Part shown: positions 44,959-54,367 of the stretch, in pieces | How the letters are laid out: each line of letters starts with the position of its first letter | Numbering within the stretch: position 1 is the first letter of the stretch | NCBI GenBank assembly: GCA_002725995.1 | Contig: PBRQ01000028.1 | Location: 743 to 64,742, forward strand | Direction: 5' to 3' | Length of the DNA: 64,000 bases | Source of the DNA: Gammaproteobacteria bacterium | Lineage (GTDB): Bacteria > Pseudomonadota > Gammaproteobacteria > Pseudomonadales > Azotimanducaceae | Program-made: the position numbers and the translations under genes | The notes under the pieces: model-generated | The model's database searches: none | What the model was told of the DNA's origin: nothing | Seen by the model: the letters and a program-made list of their open reading frames with translations, nothing else

Positions 44959-45878
44959 GCCGGGTTCACCTGATGAAAGTTTGTAAACAACCGCAGGGTA
45001 TTACGCATACACATGGCGACGGTCATTGGCCCAATTCTCGGAATGTAGATATCGGCCATTTTTCCAATATCATTTTCAAAATTTGGTGTGCTCGAAAAAT
45101 TCAGGCAGATGGTGCCCGCCCTGATTTCACCGCAACTGATTTTTCTGAAGGAGCTGCTGGGAACCCCTGTGATCACGATATCCGACTCCATCAAAGCCCG
45201 TTCCCTTGTGATATTAGATTCACTAGGAAGGGCATCTACAAATTCAAGAGGACCATTGACATCAAAAGAATGCACCTTAGCGCCATCGTTGGACATCATG
45301 ATTGCGAGCGGTCTGCCAATTACTTCACTGCGGTTGAAAATAGATATGATTTTCCCATCCATGGGCCGTTCTTGATCATCGGTGTATATGCCTAATTCTG
45401 TCAGAATTTTCACAATTGCCAGGGAAGTGCATGGCAATACTGCTTTCCGTGACTGGTCACCGGAGACCGCCATGCGGTCATTGGCGGAAATTTTCTTTGT
45501 CCAGTAGGTGCTGCCTGCCTCAATGTCTTTTCTGTAGTCAACCTGGTTTCGCAGATAGTCATCATGTTGGTTGTTGAATACGGGAAAGTAGATGAAGATG
45601 CCATGGATATCGGTATTCCTGTTCGCGGCACTGATCGCATCCTCCAATTGCAGGCGCTCAATTTGGCGGAGATCATAGTTAATTCCCACCTTGTCAAACT
45701 TTTGTTTTGTGGCCATGGCGTAGACAAGAGAAGGCTTGTCACTTGAGGCGATCAAGCCAATAACATTGAGTCTGGCCCCCATGCTCGATACGTCTTGTCG
45801 AATTTCATTCACATACTTCTCGGCAAGAATTGATGGATCAGGTATGAGGGGGGAGGCGCCCAAGCCGTCAGCCATCAT
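44955..45878 (-). CDS. Monofunctional methylenetetrahydrofolate dehydrogenase, fungal MTD1-like
   Basis: IFIYFPVFNNQHDDYL, AVLPCTSLAIVKIL, IFNRSEVIGRPLAIMMSNDGAKVHSFDVN, DIVITGVPS and GPMTVAMCMRNTLRL closely parallel the yeast Mtd1 strings I recall (VYFPVFGN.., ILPCTPLAIVKIL, INRSEIVGRPLAALLANDGATVYSVDVN). The track ORF extends to 45929. I prefer ATG 45878, which overlaps the SIS gene by 11 nt rather than 62 nt. Confidence 0.75.
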   Translation of the reverse strand: MMADGLGASPLIPDPSILAEKYVNEIRQDVSSMGARLNVIGLIASSDKPSLVYAMATKQKFDKVGINYDLRQIERLQLEDAISAANRNTDIHGIFIYFPVFNNQHDDYLRNQVDYRKDIEAGSTYWTKKISANDRMAVSGDQSRKAVLPCTSLAIVKILTELGIYTDDQERPMDGKIISIFNRSEVIGRPLAIMMSNDGAKVHSFDVNGPLEFVDALPSESNITRERALMESDIVITGVPSSSFRKISCGEIRAGTICLNFSSTPNFENDIGKMADIYIPRIGPMTVAMCMRNTLRLFTNFHQVNPA

Positions 45879-46542
45879 TTTTTTTCTTTGTAATGGATCC
45901 GAGATAACCTTTGTGATGGCGCATCCCATAGTCCTCTACTGTGAACCCTTTCAACTCCATCAGAGTCAGGGCGATTGCATCACTTATTGCCAACATAACG
46001 GCGATTGTTGCGCTTGGTGTGATTTTTAGGGGGCAGGGCTCCTCAATATCGGGTCCCATATCGAGCACGATCTCGCTCAGTTCTCTGAGGGGAGAGTCAA
46101 TATGGGAGGTTATGCCGATGATGCTGCCGATACCCAGGTGGTGAGCAATTTCCAGCATCTCGATTACCTCATTGGATTTGCCACTGGTGGAGAAAGCGAT
46201 GATGCAATCCCCCTCGGAAAGCATACCCATATCGCCATGCCCCGCCTCTGCCGGATGGATATAAAACGCCGGGGTACCGGTTGAAGCTAGTGTGGCCGCA
46301 AACTTGTGTGCTATGAAGCCGGCCTTGCCTATTCCCGTGGTCACAATACGGCCATCGCATGCCAGGAGGGTCTTGACCGCCTCTTCAAAAGCATCAGTAA
46401 TTTTGATGGCGCCAATAGCTGCCGCTTCACTCTCGATAACACGGGACATTTTCTGCTTAATGTTCAGCTGCATATTGTTTGACTGCTTTTTGTTCAATGG
46501 GTGATCCTTGGCAGATATTGATAGCGCGTTATTATACGACAA
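45868..46542 (-). CDS. SIS-domain sugar-phosphate isomerase (KpsF/GutQ-like, without CBS pair)
   Basis: TTGIGKAGFIAHKFAATLASTGTPAFYIHPAEAGHGDMGML...IAFSTSGKSNE matches the KpsF-type SIS core. The protein ends before any CBS domains. Confidence 0.75.
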   Translation of the reverse strand: MSYNNALSISAKDHPLNKKQSNNMQLNIKQKMSRVIESEAAAIGAIKITDAFEEAVKTLLACDGRIVTTGIGKAGFIAHKFAATLASTGTPAFYIHPAEAGHGDMGMLSEGDCIIAFSTSGKSNEVIEMLEIAHHLGIGSIIGITSHIDSPLRELSEIVLDMGPDIEEPCPLKITPSATIAVMLAISDAIALTLMELKGFTVEDYGMRHHKGYLGSITKKKNDG

Positions 46543-46655
46543 GCCACCATGGGTGTAGGTTCCGATTGACTGCTATTCACATAGGCCGTTCTGGGTTGAG
46601 GGTCATGGCAGGCATTCTCCCATCAATACGGTATCTGGTTGCCCTTTTTTGGCGT

Positions 46656-47144
46656 TCAAGTGGTCGTCGCCAGTTCCTTTGCGACATCCCTGATGTGAGG
46701 GTGGTAGGCGAATAGCTCATCGATGTTCGCAACGGGAAGCCAACGGTGACCCAGCAGGTATGCCTCATCATCAACGGGTATGGGTTCCTGCTTCGTTAGC
46801 CTGGCTGCAAACCAGTGAGTTGTACAATCAAAGGTGATAGTGTCCCAGTCAAAAAGATACTGGGTGACCTTCTCTAGAGCTGGTCGCAATGCGACAAAGT
46901 GTCCAGTTTCTTCCAGTGTCTCTCGGATAGCAGCTTCTTCCGGTGTTTCGTTCTTTTCAATTTTTCCACCGGGAAGTGACCACATTCGCTTCCCCGTTGT
47001 TGGGTCCTGAAGCTCAATGGCGAGGAAATCTGCCCCTTTGCAACAAACGACGGTGGCTCGCCTTCTATTTTCTACTCGCATCGATCTCTCGCTGGTGAAG
47101 CATTGTCCCTGGGTGAGCGGGGTATTTGGACCGAAATATGACAT
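46656..47144 (-). CDS. NUDIX hydrolase
   Basis: Nudix box GGKIEKNETPEEAAIRETLEETG. The start may be the internal ATG at 47081. Confidence 0.85.
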   Translation of the reverse strand: MSYFGPNTPLTQGQCFTSERSMRVENRRRATVVCCKGADFLAIELQDPTTGKRMWSLPGGKIEKNETPEEAAIRETLEETGHFVALRPALEKVTQYLFDWDTITFDCTTHWFAARLTKQEPIPVDDEAYLLGHRWLPVANIDELFAYHPHIRDVAKELATTT

Positions 47145-47239
47145 TCCAGCCCGTTCGCTACTCAGCTTGCCTCAAATCTGTGAATTTTGCACCAGGCTGG
47201 ACCACAATCCACGGTATAACTCATTGAAGCACTGGAAAA

Positions 47240-48043
47240 ATGTTGAATATCAGCGAACTGGCGGTCAGATAAAAAAGTGGTGTGGCCGTGGCAGTTGGGC
47301 TGATCGTATTGTTTGGTGATGTCAGCATCAGCAAGCTCCCATTACAGCTCCTGCCCAACGTTCAGCGCCCACAGATCTCTATCTACAACAATTGGTGTTC
47401 GGCAGCCCCACAGGAAGTTGAAGAAGCCATTGCGGCAGCCACAGGAAGAGGTGCTTCGCTTCAATTCAGGTGTTGAGAGCATTGTCAGTAGCACTTCGAG
47501 GGGGCAGGGGCAGGTAGTACTGAATTATCAGCTTGGCTACGACATGAACCAGGCCATGCTCGATGTCATCAACCGGCTTAACCAGGCAACGCCCAGACCT
47601 GCAGATTCCGGTGAGCCCTTTGTTGCCAGCGGTGGTGATGGTGGTTTGCCGGGCCCTGCTTCAATTCTTATCCATGCCGGCGAAAACAATCCGGTCGAGG
47701 ACATGATTGAAGAGGTTGTAGAACCCAGGTTAAGCAGGATTCCAGGGGTTGCCCAGGTGAATCTGAATGCCAGGCGACCCAAAGAGGTCAGTATCGTCTT
47801 GACCCATTTGAAACCGCTATGCTGGGGGTTCGGGTGAGTGGTATAGCCGTAGCCCTGTCGAGGGCAAGGAATATTTCTGGTGGTTTCGCGGATGTTGGCC
47901 GTCGCCGGTATACGGTCCGTTTTCTGGGTGATGGACAGGGAGAACTGGTATCTGTATTGGGGGATTTACAGGTCGGAGACAGGGTGGCGATACGAGGCGT
48001 GGAACGACTTCAGGATGGGCAGGCGGTCAAACCTATTATCTGA
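47240..48043 (+). pseudogene. RND (AcrB-type) efflux transporter remnant: 5' quarter only, with nonsense and frameshifts
   Basis: MLNISELAVR is followed by TAA at 47270-72. RND N-terminal features are then spread over three frames (AVAVGLIVLFGDVSISKLPLQLLPNVQRPQISIYNNW..APQEVEE; GVESIVSSTSRGQGQVVLNYQLGYDMNQAMLDV; RLSRIPGVAQVNLNARRPKEV). It ends at 48043, abutting the convergent gene. Confidence 0.65.
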
Positions 48044-49993
48044 TCAGTTGATTTCTGAGCGCTGTTCGCCCTGGCTCAAAATCCAGGCATCGACCTGTTT
48101 GTTCAGTGCGGACTTTTCGTCAGAGCCAATACTGAGCGGGTCAAACCGCCATCGGTTATGAGTGACAAGGAGGGGAAGCAGCTCAGGCTTTTGGATCCTG
48201 ATTAACCAGTGTCGCAGAAGTTCACCCCTGTCTCGTCTTAGTCCTTCTTCTGACAAATAGGCCTCGACTTTGTAGAAGGGTGAGTCCTTTCCAAACAACC
48301 TTGAATCAGTGTTAGAACTTTTCTTACCAGAGATGATCACCTGTTCGCTGGTGGTGATCCTCCAAATTAGAAATAGCAACAGAAGACCGCCAATGATATA
48401 GAGCTCCAGTTCGTAGTCCTCAACCTTCTGATCATTCCACCACATTCGAAACATGAAGGAGTAGTTTGTGGCGAAGTCGAACATGGGTTGTAACGGGTTG
48501 GCATTGTCGTCTTCTTCATCGAGCCATACTCCTGGTGTCGTATCCACCACGATCCATTTGTTGTTCACATGGGCGATCGTCCAGGCATGGGCATGACGTT
48601 GCCGAACGATATACATGCCTAAGGTAGGGTTGTATTCCTGTACTGCATAACCAACGACGTAGCGAGTTGGTACCCCCATTTGTCTCAGTAGCAGGGTTGT
48701 CGCACTGGCGAAGTATTCGCAGTGGCCAGCCTTTCTGGTGTAAAGGAAATGTTCCAGTGGGTTTTTAGCACCCTGGTCGTCCTGGTACAGACTGTATTTG
48801 AAGTCCGAGAAATAGCTTTGCACAAACGCAACTGCCTTTTTCGCCGGGTAATTTCCCTTCTCCACAATTCCCGACAACAATTTCTCATGCGTTTCATCAA
48901 GGAAAAGGTCGATTTCTCCCGGTGGGTCAGAGATAGGGTTTTCCAACGCGTATTTGATCTCGTATGACGGGCTGGGTACAAGACCGGTACCCTGGATGGT
49001 TCCGTACTTGTTCAGCTTAACTTCAAGGGCAGGTAGATCATGGATTTCAGATAGTGAGGCAGGCGCCGGTACCAGGGAACGTTCACGATCAAACTCCAGA
49101 TAGATTTTGGCGCTGGATTCTTCAGCGCTCCGGTCTGAAAAGCGCCAGGTGAAGTCATCCTCGTGGGTCACATTGTTGAAATTCGTTTCCCAGGCGTCCC
49201 ACTCCATTGAGAAGCCACTGCTCGGATGATTGTAGATCGCCTCCTGCAGGAGGCTCGGAAAATGGTGTCCTTCACTCGTCTCAATTCGAAAGAGTATTGA
49301 GTCAGAGAGTTTTAGTTGTCCTACCTTGCCCAAAGCCGTTCTGGTTTTTAAGGGGTCGGTTCGTTGCATGAGCCAGTTGGTAATCCACTGTTCTGTTTTT
49401 GCCTTGATCGCGAGGTGAGTTCCCCGGATCGTCTGGTGGGCGAATTCTGCGCTTATAAAAGTAACGGCAACGGCCAGAATCCATACCCCCGCCTGATATC
49501 GCGAAGAACGTAATGGGTATAGCGACCAGAAGATTGCGATCACTGCTAGGGGGAAAAAAAGTGAATGGTCGCTTGTATTGAAACCTGCGGCCAAAAGGCA
49601 CATGCCCAAAAGTAGGTAATCCATATCCCAGGATTGCTGAACCGGCTCCCGTTGCCTGCGAAGAGAGTAAAAAAGTATGTCGAGGGTCATTCTCTCTGTG
49701 GTGCTGTAAGCAAGGACTATGACCAGTGGGGAAAAAAGAATAGGCAGCCATTGAATAAGGGTGGTGATGAAATGGTAGGTACGGGCATTGAGGAAAAGGA
49801 AGATGACCATGCCCACCATTGCGAAACTGGTCAGGTCTGCAACCCGGTAGAAATCCTGCTTGGTCAGTGCCCAGCGCCTGTTTACGAAGTATCTAGCTTC
49901 GAGGATGACGGTGATGGGAATTGCAAACCAGATGAGGTCCGCCTGAATTCCCCAGGCAAGGATGACAAGTCCCTGAATGATTCTTGGTTTCAC
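48044..49993 (-). CDS. Membrane transglutaminase-like protein (TgpA-like: N-terminal TM region + TGase core)
   Basis: The Cys-His-Asp core is GHCEYFASATTLLLRQMGVPTRYVVGY, HAWTIAHV and WIVVDTTP, with multiple N-terminal TM helices. Third gene of the MoxR-DUF58 operon (4-nt overlap). Confidence 0.8.
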   Translation of the reverse strand: MKPRIIQGLVILAWGIQADLIWFAIPITVILEARYFVNRRWALTKQDFYRVADLTSFAMVGMVIFLFLNARTYHFITTLIQWLPILFSPLVIVLAYSTTERMTLDILFYSLRRQREPVQQSWDMDYLLLGMCLLAAGFNTSDHSLFFPLAVIAIFWSLYPLRSSRYQAGVWILAVAVTFISAEFAHQTIRGTHLAIKAKTEQWITNWLMQRTDPLKTRTALGKVGQLKLSDSILFRIETSEGHHFPSLLQEAIYNHPSSGFSMEWDAWETNFNNVTHEDDFTWRFSDRSAEESSAKIYLEFDRERSLVPAPASLSEIHDLPALEVKLNKYGTIQGTGLVPSPSYEIKYALENPISDPPGEIDLFLDETHEKLLSGIVEKGNYPAKKAVAFVQSYFSDFKYSLYQDDQGAKNPLEHFLYTRKAGHCEYFASATTLLLRQMGVPTRYVVGYAVQEYNPTLGMYIVRQRHAHAWTIAHVNNKWIVVDTTPGVWLDEEDDNANPLQPMFDFATNYSFMFRMWWNDQKVEDYELELYIIGGLLLLFLIWRITTSEQVIISGKKSSNTDSRLFGKDSPFYKVEAYLSEEGLRRDRGELLRHWLIRIQKPELLPLLVTHNRWRFDPLSIGSDEKSALNKQVDAWILSQGEQRSEIN

Positions 49994-51315
49994 AAGCCCG
50001 CCAGCCTTTTAGCAACTTCGTTGACGGGCAGAATATTTGCCCTTGCGGGTGTATCCGCCAGTTTCTTTTCGTCCTGTGTCACAATAAATAGTGCCACGGG
50101 GATACCTGTGGATGACATGCTTCTCACAAGTTGCTGCTGTGATTCACTCCAACCTGGCAGAACGAGAATACAGCCGCTAATTAACGTGCGGTGGGCTGAC
50201 AGGGTTTCCTGCAACCGTTCGGCTGCTCCTTCATACCTTGTCAGGGTGGCAAGTGCTTCCAACTGGTGGTTCACATGTGCGTAGCCACGCCCGGCGGTGA
50301 CGATTTGGGTCGTATTGGCGGCATAGATCAGGTCCATCAGGCCGTCACTGGTTTCAGTCTGCAGGAGCAGGCTTGCGGCAACAGATACCGTTTCCTCCAG
50401 AAGCTCGGAGTCCTTAGTGTCCGTATCAAGTACCAGCGCCTGGCGAACGAAGAACTCATCCTGAAACTCCTTCACGACAGGCTTCTCTCGCTTGGCAGTG
50501 CTTGGCCAGTGAACCTTGCGCATTGAGTCTCCATCTCTATAGTCCCGCAAGGATACAAATTCCTCTGACTCACCAATTGACCAGGTGGAATTAACACCAC
50601 CAGGCTGAAAATGCCTGCCGCCGGGCAGCTCAAAATTTGTTGATACCGGGTAGCGTTTGGGAAGTACCATGAGTTGTTCGTGCTGGTTAAAGTTCTTTAT
50701 GGCGTAGTTCAAACCAAACGGGTCCGGGCTGAGCAGGGTAGTCGAAGTGAAATTGACGATACCGCGACGCAGGGGCATTGCTTCCATCATTGTGTCCGCG
50801 GAGCCTTTCAGGCTGACTTCGGGAACATCACCCTGCTTTATGACGATGCCTGTATTGCGCCGTTGCAGCCAGATGAATCGATGAAAACCGATCCAGCGAT
50901 CGTAGGCGTTTCTTGTTTCCTCGCCTGGCTCGCGTTCCTGCTGATACTGCTTGAAGTTCGGGGAAACAATTAGTGGATTGTCGATGAGCTTCAGATCGCG
51001 CTCCGTATGATTCCCATCATTCGCGACATTGATTGAGTATTCGAAGGACTGGCCGGCGGTTGCGTATTTTGGCAGGCGTCTCGTCACGGTGACTTTCGGC
51101 AGTTGAATTCGCAGCGACAATCTGGAAACAATAATCAGGCAGGTCAGAAAGGCAAACAGCTGGTAGGTCAGGGTCAGGTCTGTGTCCACGCCAATAGCAG
51201 CGCAGATGATGGCGCTTGTCTGTATGAGTTTCCCCCTTTCTGATGTCCTGCGCGAGGCTTTCTGGCTGGCTCGCGTTATCCTGACAAAGCTTGGAAAGAT
51301 GGTTTCTCTGAACAT
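49990..51315 (-). CDS. DUF58 family protein
   Basis: RDYRDGDSMRKVHWPSTAKREKPVVKEFQDE is the DUF58 hallmark. N-terminal TM helices. Confidence 0.8.
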   Translation of the reverse strand: MFRETIFPSFVRITRASQKASRRTSERGKLIQTSAIICAAIGVDTDLTLTYQLFAFLTCLIIVSRLSLRIQLPKVTVTRRLPKYATAGQSFEYSINVANDGNHTERDLKLIDNPLIVSPNFKQYQQEREPGEETRNAYDRWIGFHRFIWLQRRNTGIVIKQGDVPEVSLKGSADTMMEAMPLRRGIVNFTSTTLLSPDPFGLNYAIKNFNQHEQLMVLPKRYPVSTNFELPGGRHFQPGGVNSTWSIGESEEFVSLRDYRDGDSMRKVHWPSTAKREKPVVKEFQDEFFVRQALVLDTDTKDSELLEETVSVAASLLLQTETSDGLMDLIYAANTTQIVTAGRGYAHVNHQLEALATLTRYEGAAERLQETLSAHRTLISGCILVLPGWSESQQQLVRSMSSTGIPVALFIVTQDEKKLADTPARANILPVNEVAKRLAGL

Positions 51316-51339
51316 GATGTCCTGCCGACGTTGTTGATC

Positions 51340-52302
51340 TCAGGCAGGTACGGGAATGTCTTGCAGTATTTCCACGATGTATTCGCCTGAATCGGTCCCG
51401 GAATATTGGGACTCCGGATCAAGTGCCAGGCGGTGCGCAATAATAGGAATTGCCAGTTCCTGAATAAGATCCGGCGTTACGAATTCAAGGCCATCGATGA
51501 GCGCGAGGGCCTGAGAACACTTCATCATGGTGATCCCGGCACGGGGGCTCGCACCCATTTGAATTCCTGGGTGCTTTCGGGTTGCCGCAACAATATCAAC
51601 GATATAGTGTTTAAGCTCCTCTGACATGCGCACATTCTCGGCGGCTTTCCTGATTGATCTTAGGTCTTCAAGGCTGGTGCAGGCCTCCAGTTTTGCCAGG
51701 GGGTGCTCATGTTTTTGAGCCTCCAGGATCTTCACCTCGTCTTCCCTTGATACATAGCCTAGATCGAATCGCATCGCAAAACGATCCATCTGAGCCTCGG
51801 GTAGCGGATAGGTGCCATGAAATTCCACCGGATTCTGGGTGGCGATCACGAAAAACAATTCATCCATTTTTATTCGGTCCCCCTCAACGCTAACCTGGTT
51901 TTCTGCCATGGCTTCAAGGAGGGCTGATTGTGTTCGAGGAGATGCACGGTTGATTTCATCTGCCAGAAGGACCTGCGCAAAAATCGGACCTGGTCTAAAC
52001 CTGAAGTCCTGATTGTTCTGGTCATAGACCGATACACCAAGAATATCCGAGGGCAACAGGTCCGGGGTAAACTGTATGCGTTTGAAGTCTGCACTGATTG
52101 ATCCTGCCAACGATTTTGCTAGTGTTGTCTTGCCGGTGCCCGGCACATCCTCTAAAAGTACATGTCCGCCGGCAATAAATGCGGTAAGCAACCACTTGAT
52201 GCTCTCATTATTGCAGCGGATGACAGTTTCTATGTTGTCCTTGAGTTGCTTTAGAAGCGCACCTTCCCTCGAAGGATAAATATCTGGCTGGTCTGAAGTC
52301 AT
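51340..52302 (-). CDS. MoxR-like AAA+ ATPase
   Basis: GHVLLEDVPGTGKTTLAKSLA Walker A, LLADEINRASPRTQSALLEAM Walker B/sensor region. Confidence 0.9.
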   Translation of the reverse strand: MTSDQPDIYPSREGALLKQLKDNIETVIRCNNESIKWLLTAFIAGGHVLLEDVPGTGKTTLAKSLAGSISADFKRIQFTPDLLPSDILGVSVYDQNNQDFRFRPGPIFAQVLLADEINRASPRTQSALLEAMAENQVSVEGDRIKMDELFFVIATQNPVEFHGTYPLPEAQMDRFAMRFDLGYVSREDEVKILEAQKHEHPLAKLEACTSLEDLRSIRKAAENVRMSEELKHYIVDIVAATRKHPGIQMGASPRAGITMMKCSQALALIDGLEFVTPDLIQELAIPIIAHRLALDPESQYSGTDSGEYIVEILQDIPVPA

Positions 52303-52399
52303 TAGGGTCCTGACCTGAGAATAGGTTTCCTGATAACCGTATCATCACAAGTGCTGGAATGCAGGTCAACCGGTTTGCCTTGAAGGTCTGCCCTTCAGG

Positions 52400-53371
52400 T
52401 TAATCACCCTGATGACAGGAAACGAGATGGCCGTCATCAATGGACCTAAGTTGCGGTAGCTCGTGTTTGCACCTGTCCATGACTTGCGGGCAGCGTGGGT
52501 GAAAGCGGCATCCAGATGGTGGATCAATGGGTGAGGGTACATCGCCTGATATTACCAGGCGTTCTGTTACCTGGTGCGGGTCGGGGATTGGTATGGCGGA
52601 TATGAGTGATTGGGTATAGGGGTGTCGTGGATTGTGGTATACGATTTCTCCGGCTGAACTTTCTGCAACCTTCCCTAGGTACATTATCGCGATACGGTCA
52701 GAGATGTGTTTGACGACAGCGAGGTCATGGGCAATAAATAGGTAAGACAAATTGAATTCTTTTTGCAGTTCTATTAGCAAGTTCAGGATCTGACTTTGTA
52801 TTGATACGTCCAGCGCGGAAACAGGTTCATCACAGATAATAAGTTTTGGCTTCAGGGCGATAGAACGCGCTATGCCTATTCGCTGTCTTTGACCACCTGA
52901 GAATTCAAAAGGATAGCGACTTGCAGAACGAGCTGGTAATCCCACGATCTCCAATAATTTTTTTACCTGTTTCTTTCTTGAAACCCTGTCGCCTATATTC
53001 TGCACGACGAAAGGCTCTTCAATAATATCTGCCACCGTGTGCCTGGCATTAAGAGATTCCATCGGGTCCTGGAATATCATCTGTATGTGTTGTCGGTAGG
53101 GTAATAGAGCCTTGCCCTTGAGGTGAGTGATGTCCTGGCCTTCGAATAAAATTGAACCTGAAGTTGGTTGATGAAGGCGAGTGATGCAGCGTCCAAGTGT
53201 TGATTTACCACACCCAGATTCTCCGACGAGGCCAAGGGTCTCTCCTGGCTGGATGCTTAGGGAAACGCCATCGACCGCCCTGTTATATTTGTTGGTTCTG
53301 AGAAAGATGCCCTCTTTCACGGGGAAATGCATTTTCAGATCACGTACTTTCAGGATTGGTGTTTCAGACAT
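52400..53371 (-). CDS. ABC transporter ATP-binding protein (oligopeptide/dipeptide OppF/DppF type)
   Basis: GESGCGKST Walker A, FSGGQRQR signature, [11 protein letters not shown]-terminal oligopeptide-type extension (GCRFHPRCP). Confidence 0.9.
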   Translation of the reverse strand: MSETPILKVRDLKMHFPVKEGIFLRTNKYNRAVDGVSLSIQPGETLGLVGESGCGKSTLGRCITRLHQPTSGSILFEGQDITHLKGKALLPYRQHIQMIFQDPMESLNARHTVADIIEEPFVVQNIGDRVSRKKQVKKLLEIVGLPARSASRYPFEFSGGQRQRIGIARSIALKPKLIICDEPVSALDVSIQSQILNLLIELQKEFNLSYLFIAHDLAVVKHISDRIAIMYLGKVAESSAGEIVYHNPRHPYTQSLISAIPIPDPHQVTERLVISGDVPSPIDPPSGCRFHPRCPQVMDRCKHELPQLRSIDDGHLVSCHQGD

Positions 53372-54343
53372 CTAAATATCCTGCCAGCGAAAACAGCTCA
53401 CATCATGTTGCCCCTGGACCGTGTTAATGGGTGGCGCTGACAGGGTGCAGGGATCCTCCGCAAACGAACATCTATTTTCAAACCGGCAACCCGGTGGTAG
53501 GTCCAGCAGCCCTGGAACCATGCCCTCAATGATACTGAGTTTCGACTTGGGTTCAGTATCCAGTCGTGGTATCGATGTGAGTAAACCACGGGTATAGGGG
53601 TGTGAGGGGCGATCAAAGACATCGTATACGCTGCCTTTCTCCGCTACTTTTCCGGCATACATGACGACCACCTCATCGCAGGTCTCAGCTATGACGCCGA
53701 GATCGTGGGTAATGAGGATGACGGACATATCCATATCAGCCTGTAAATCCTTGATGAGTTCAAGAATCTGAGCCTGAATCGTCACGTCCAGCGCGGTCGT
53801 TGGTTCATCGGCGATGAGCAATGCCGGTTTACAGGCCAATGCTATAGCGATAACAACCCTCTGCCTCATTCCACCTGACAGCTGGTGCGGGTACTCGCCC
53901 ATTCTCAGATCAGGGGAGGGGATGCCTACCCTGTCAAGTATATCAATCGACTCCTTCAGCGCTTTCTCAAGACCGTAATCATTATGCAAGAGTAAAACCT
54001 CGGCAAGTTGCTTGCCGATGGTATGTACCGGGTTAAGTGCCGTCATTGGCTCCTGAAAAATCATGCTGACGTCATTGCCGCGCAACTTCTCCATTTCCTT
54101 CAGCGGTAAACGGGTCAGGTCCTGTCCTTGAAAGAGGATAGATCCCCCCGCAATTTGACCCAGAGGCTGCGGAAGAAGTCGCATGATAGAAAGGGCTGTG
54201 ACGCTTTTACCGCAGCCAGATTCACCAACAATACCCAGGGTTACCCCGGCATCTGCTGAGAAACTGATTTGATCGACCGCCCTGACTCGGCCCTCATCCG
54301 TGTCAAATTCGGTGATCAGATCGATAATTTCTAGTAAAGGCAT
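53372..54343 (-). CDS. ABC transporter ATP-binding protein (OppD/DppD type)
   Basis: [35 protein letters not shown]. Confidence 0.9.
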   Translation of the reverse strand: MPLLEIIDLITEFDTDEGRVRAVDQISFSADAGVTLGIVGESGCGKSVTALSIMRLLPQPLGQIAGGSILFQGQDLTRLPLKEMEKLRGNDVSMIFQEPMTALNPVHTIGKQLAEVLLLHNDYGLEKALKESIDILDRVGIPSPDLRMGEYPHQLSGGMRQRVVIAIALACKPALLIADEPTTALDVTIQAQILELIKDLQADMDMSVILITHDLGVIAETCDEVVVMYAGKVAEKGSVYDVFDRPSHPYTRGLLTSIPRLDTEPKSKLSIIEGMVPGLLDLPPGCRFENRCSFAEDPCTLSAPPINTVQGQHDVSCFRWQDI

Positions 54344-54367
54344 AGCTGTCTTTCCCTGGCCATTCTG

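Noticed and set aside
47819-48043. Possible membrane-fusion-protein C-terminus (GDRVAIRGVERLQDGQAVKP) fused to the RND stub
   Set aside because: The same string fits the RND periplasmic porter-domain pattern (..G..V.L.DVA.V.DG) about equally well. The evidence is insufficient to claim a chimeric MFP/RND junction.
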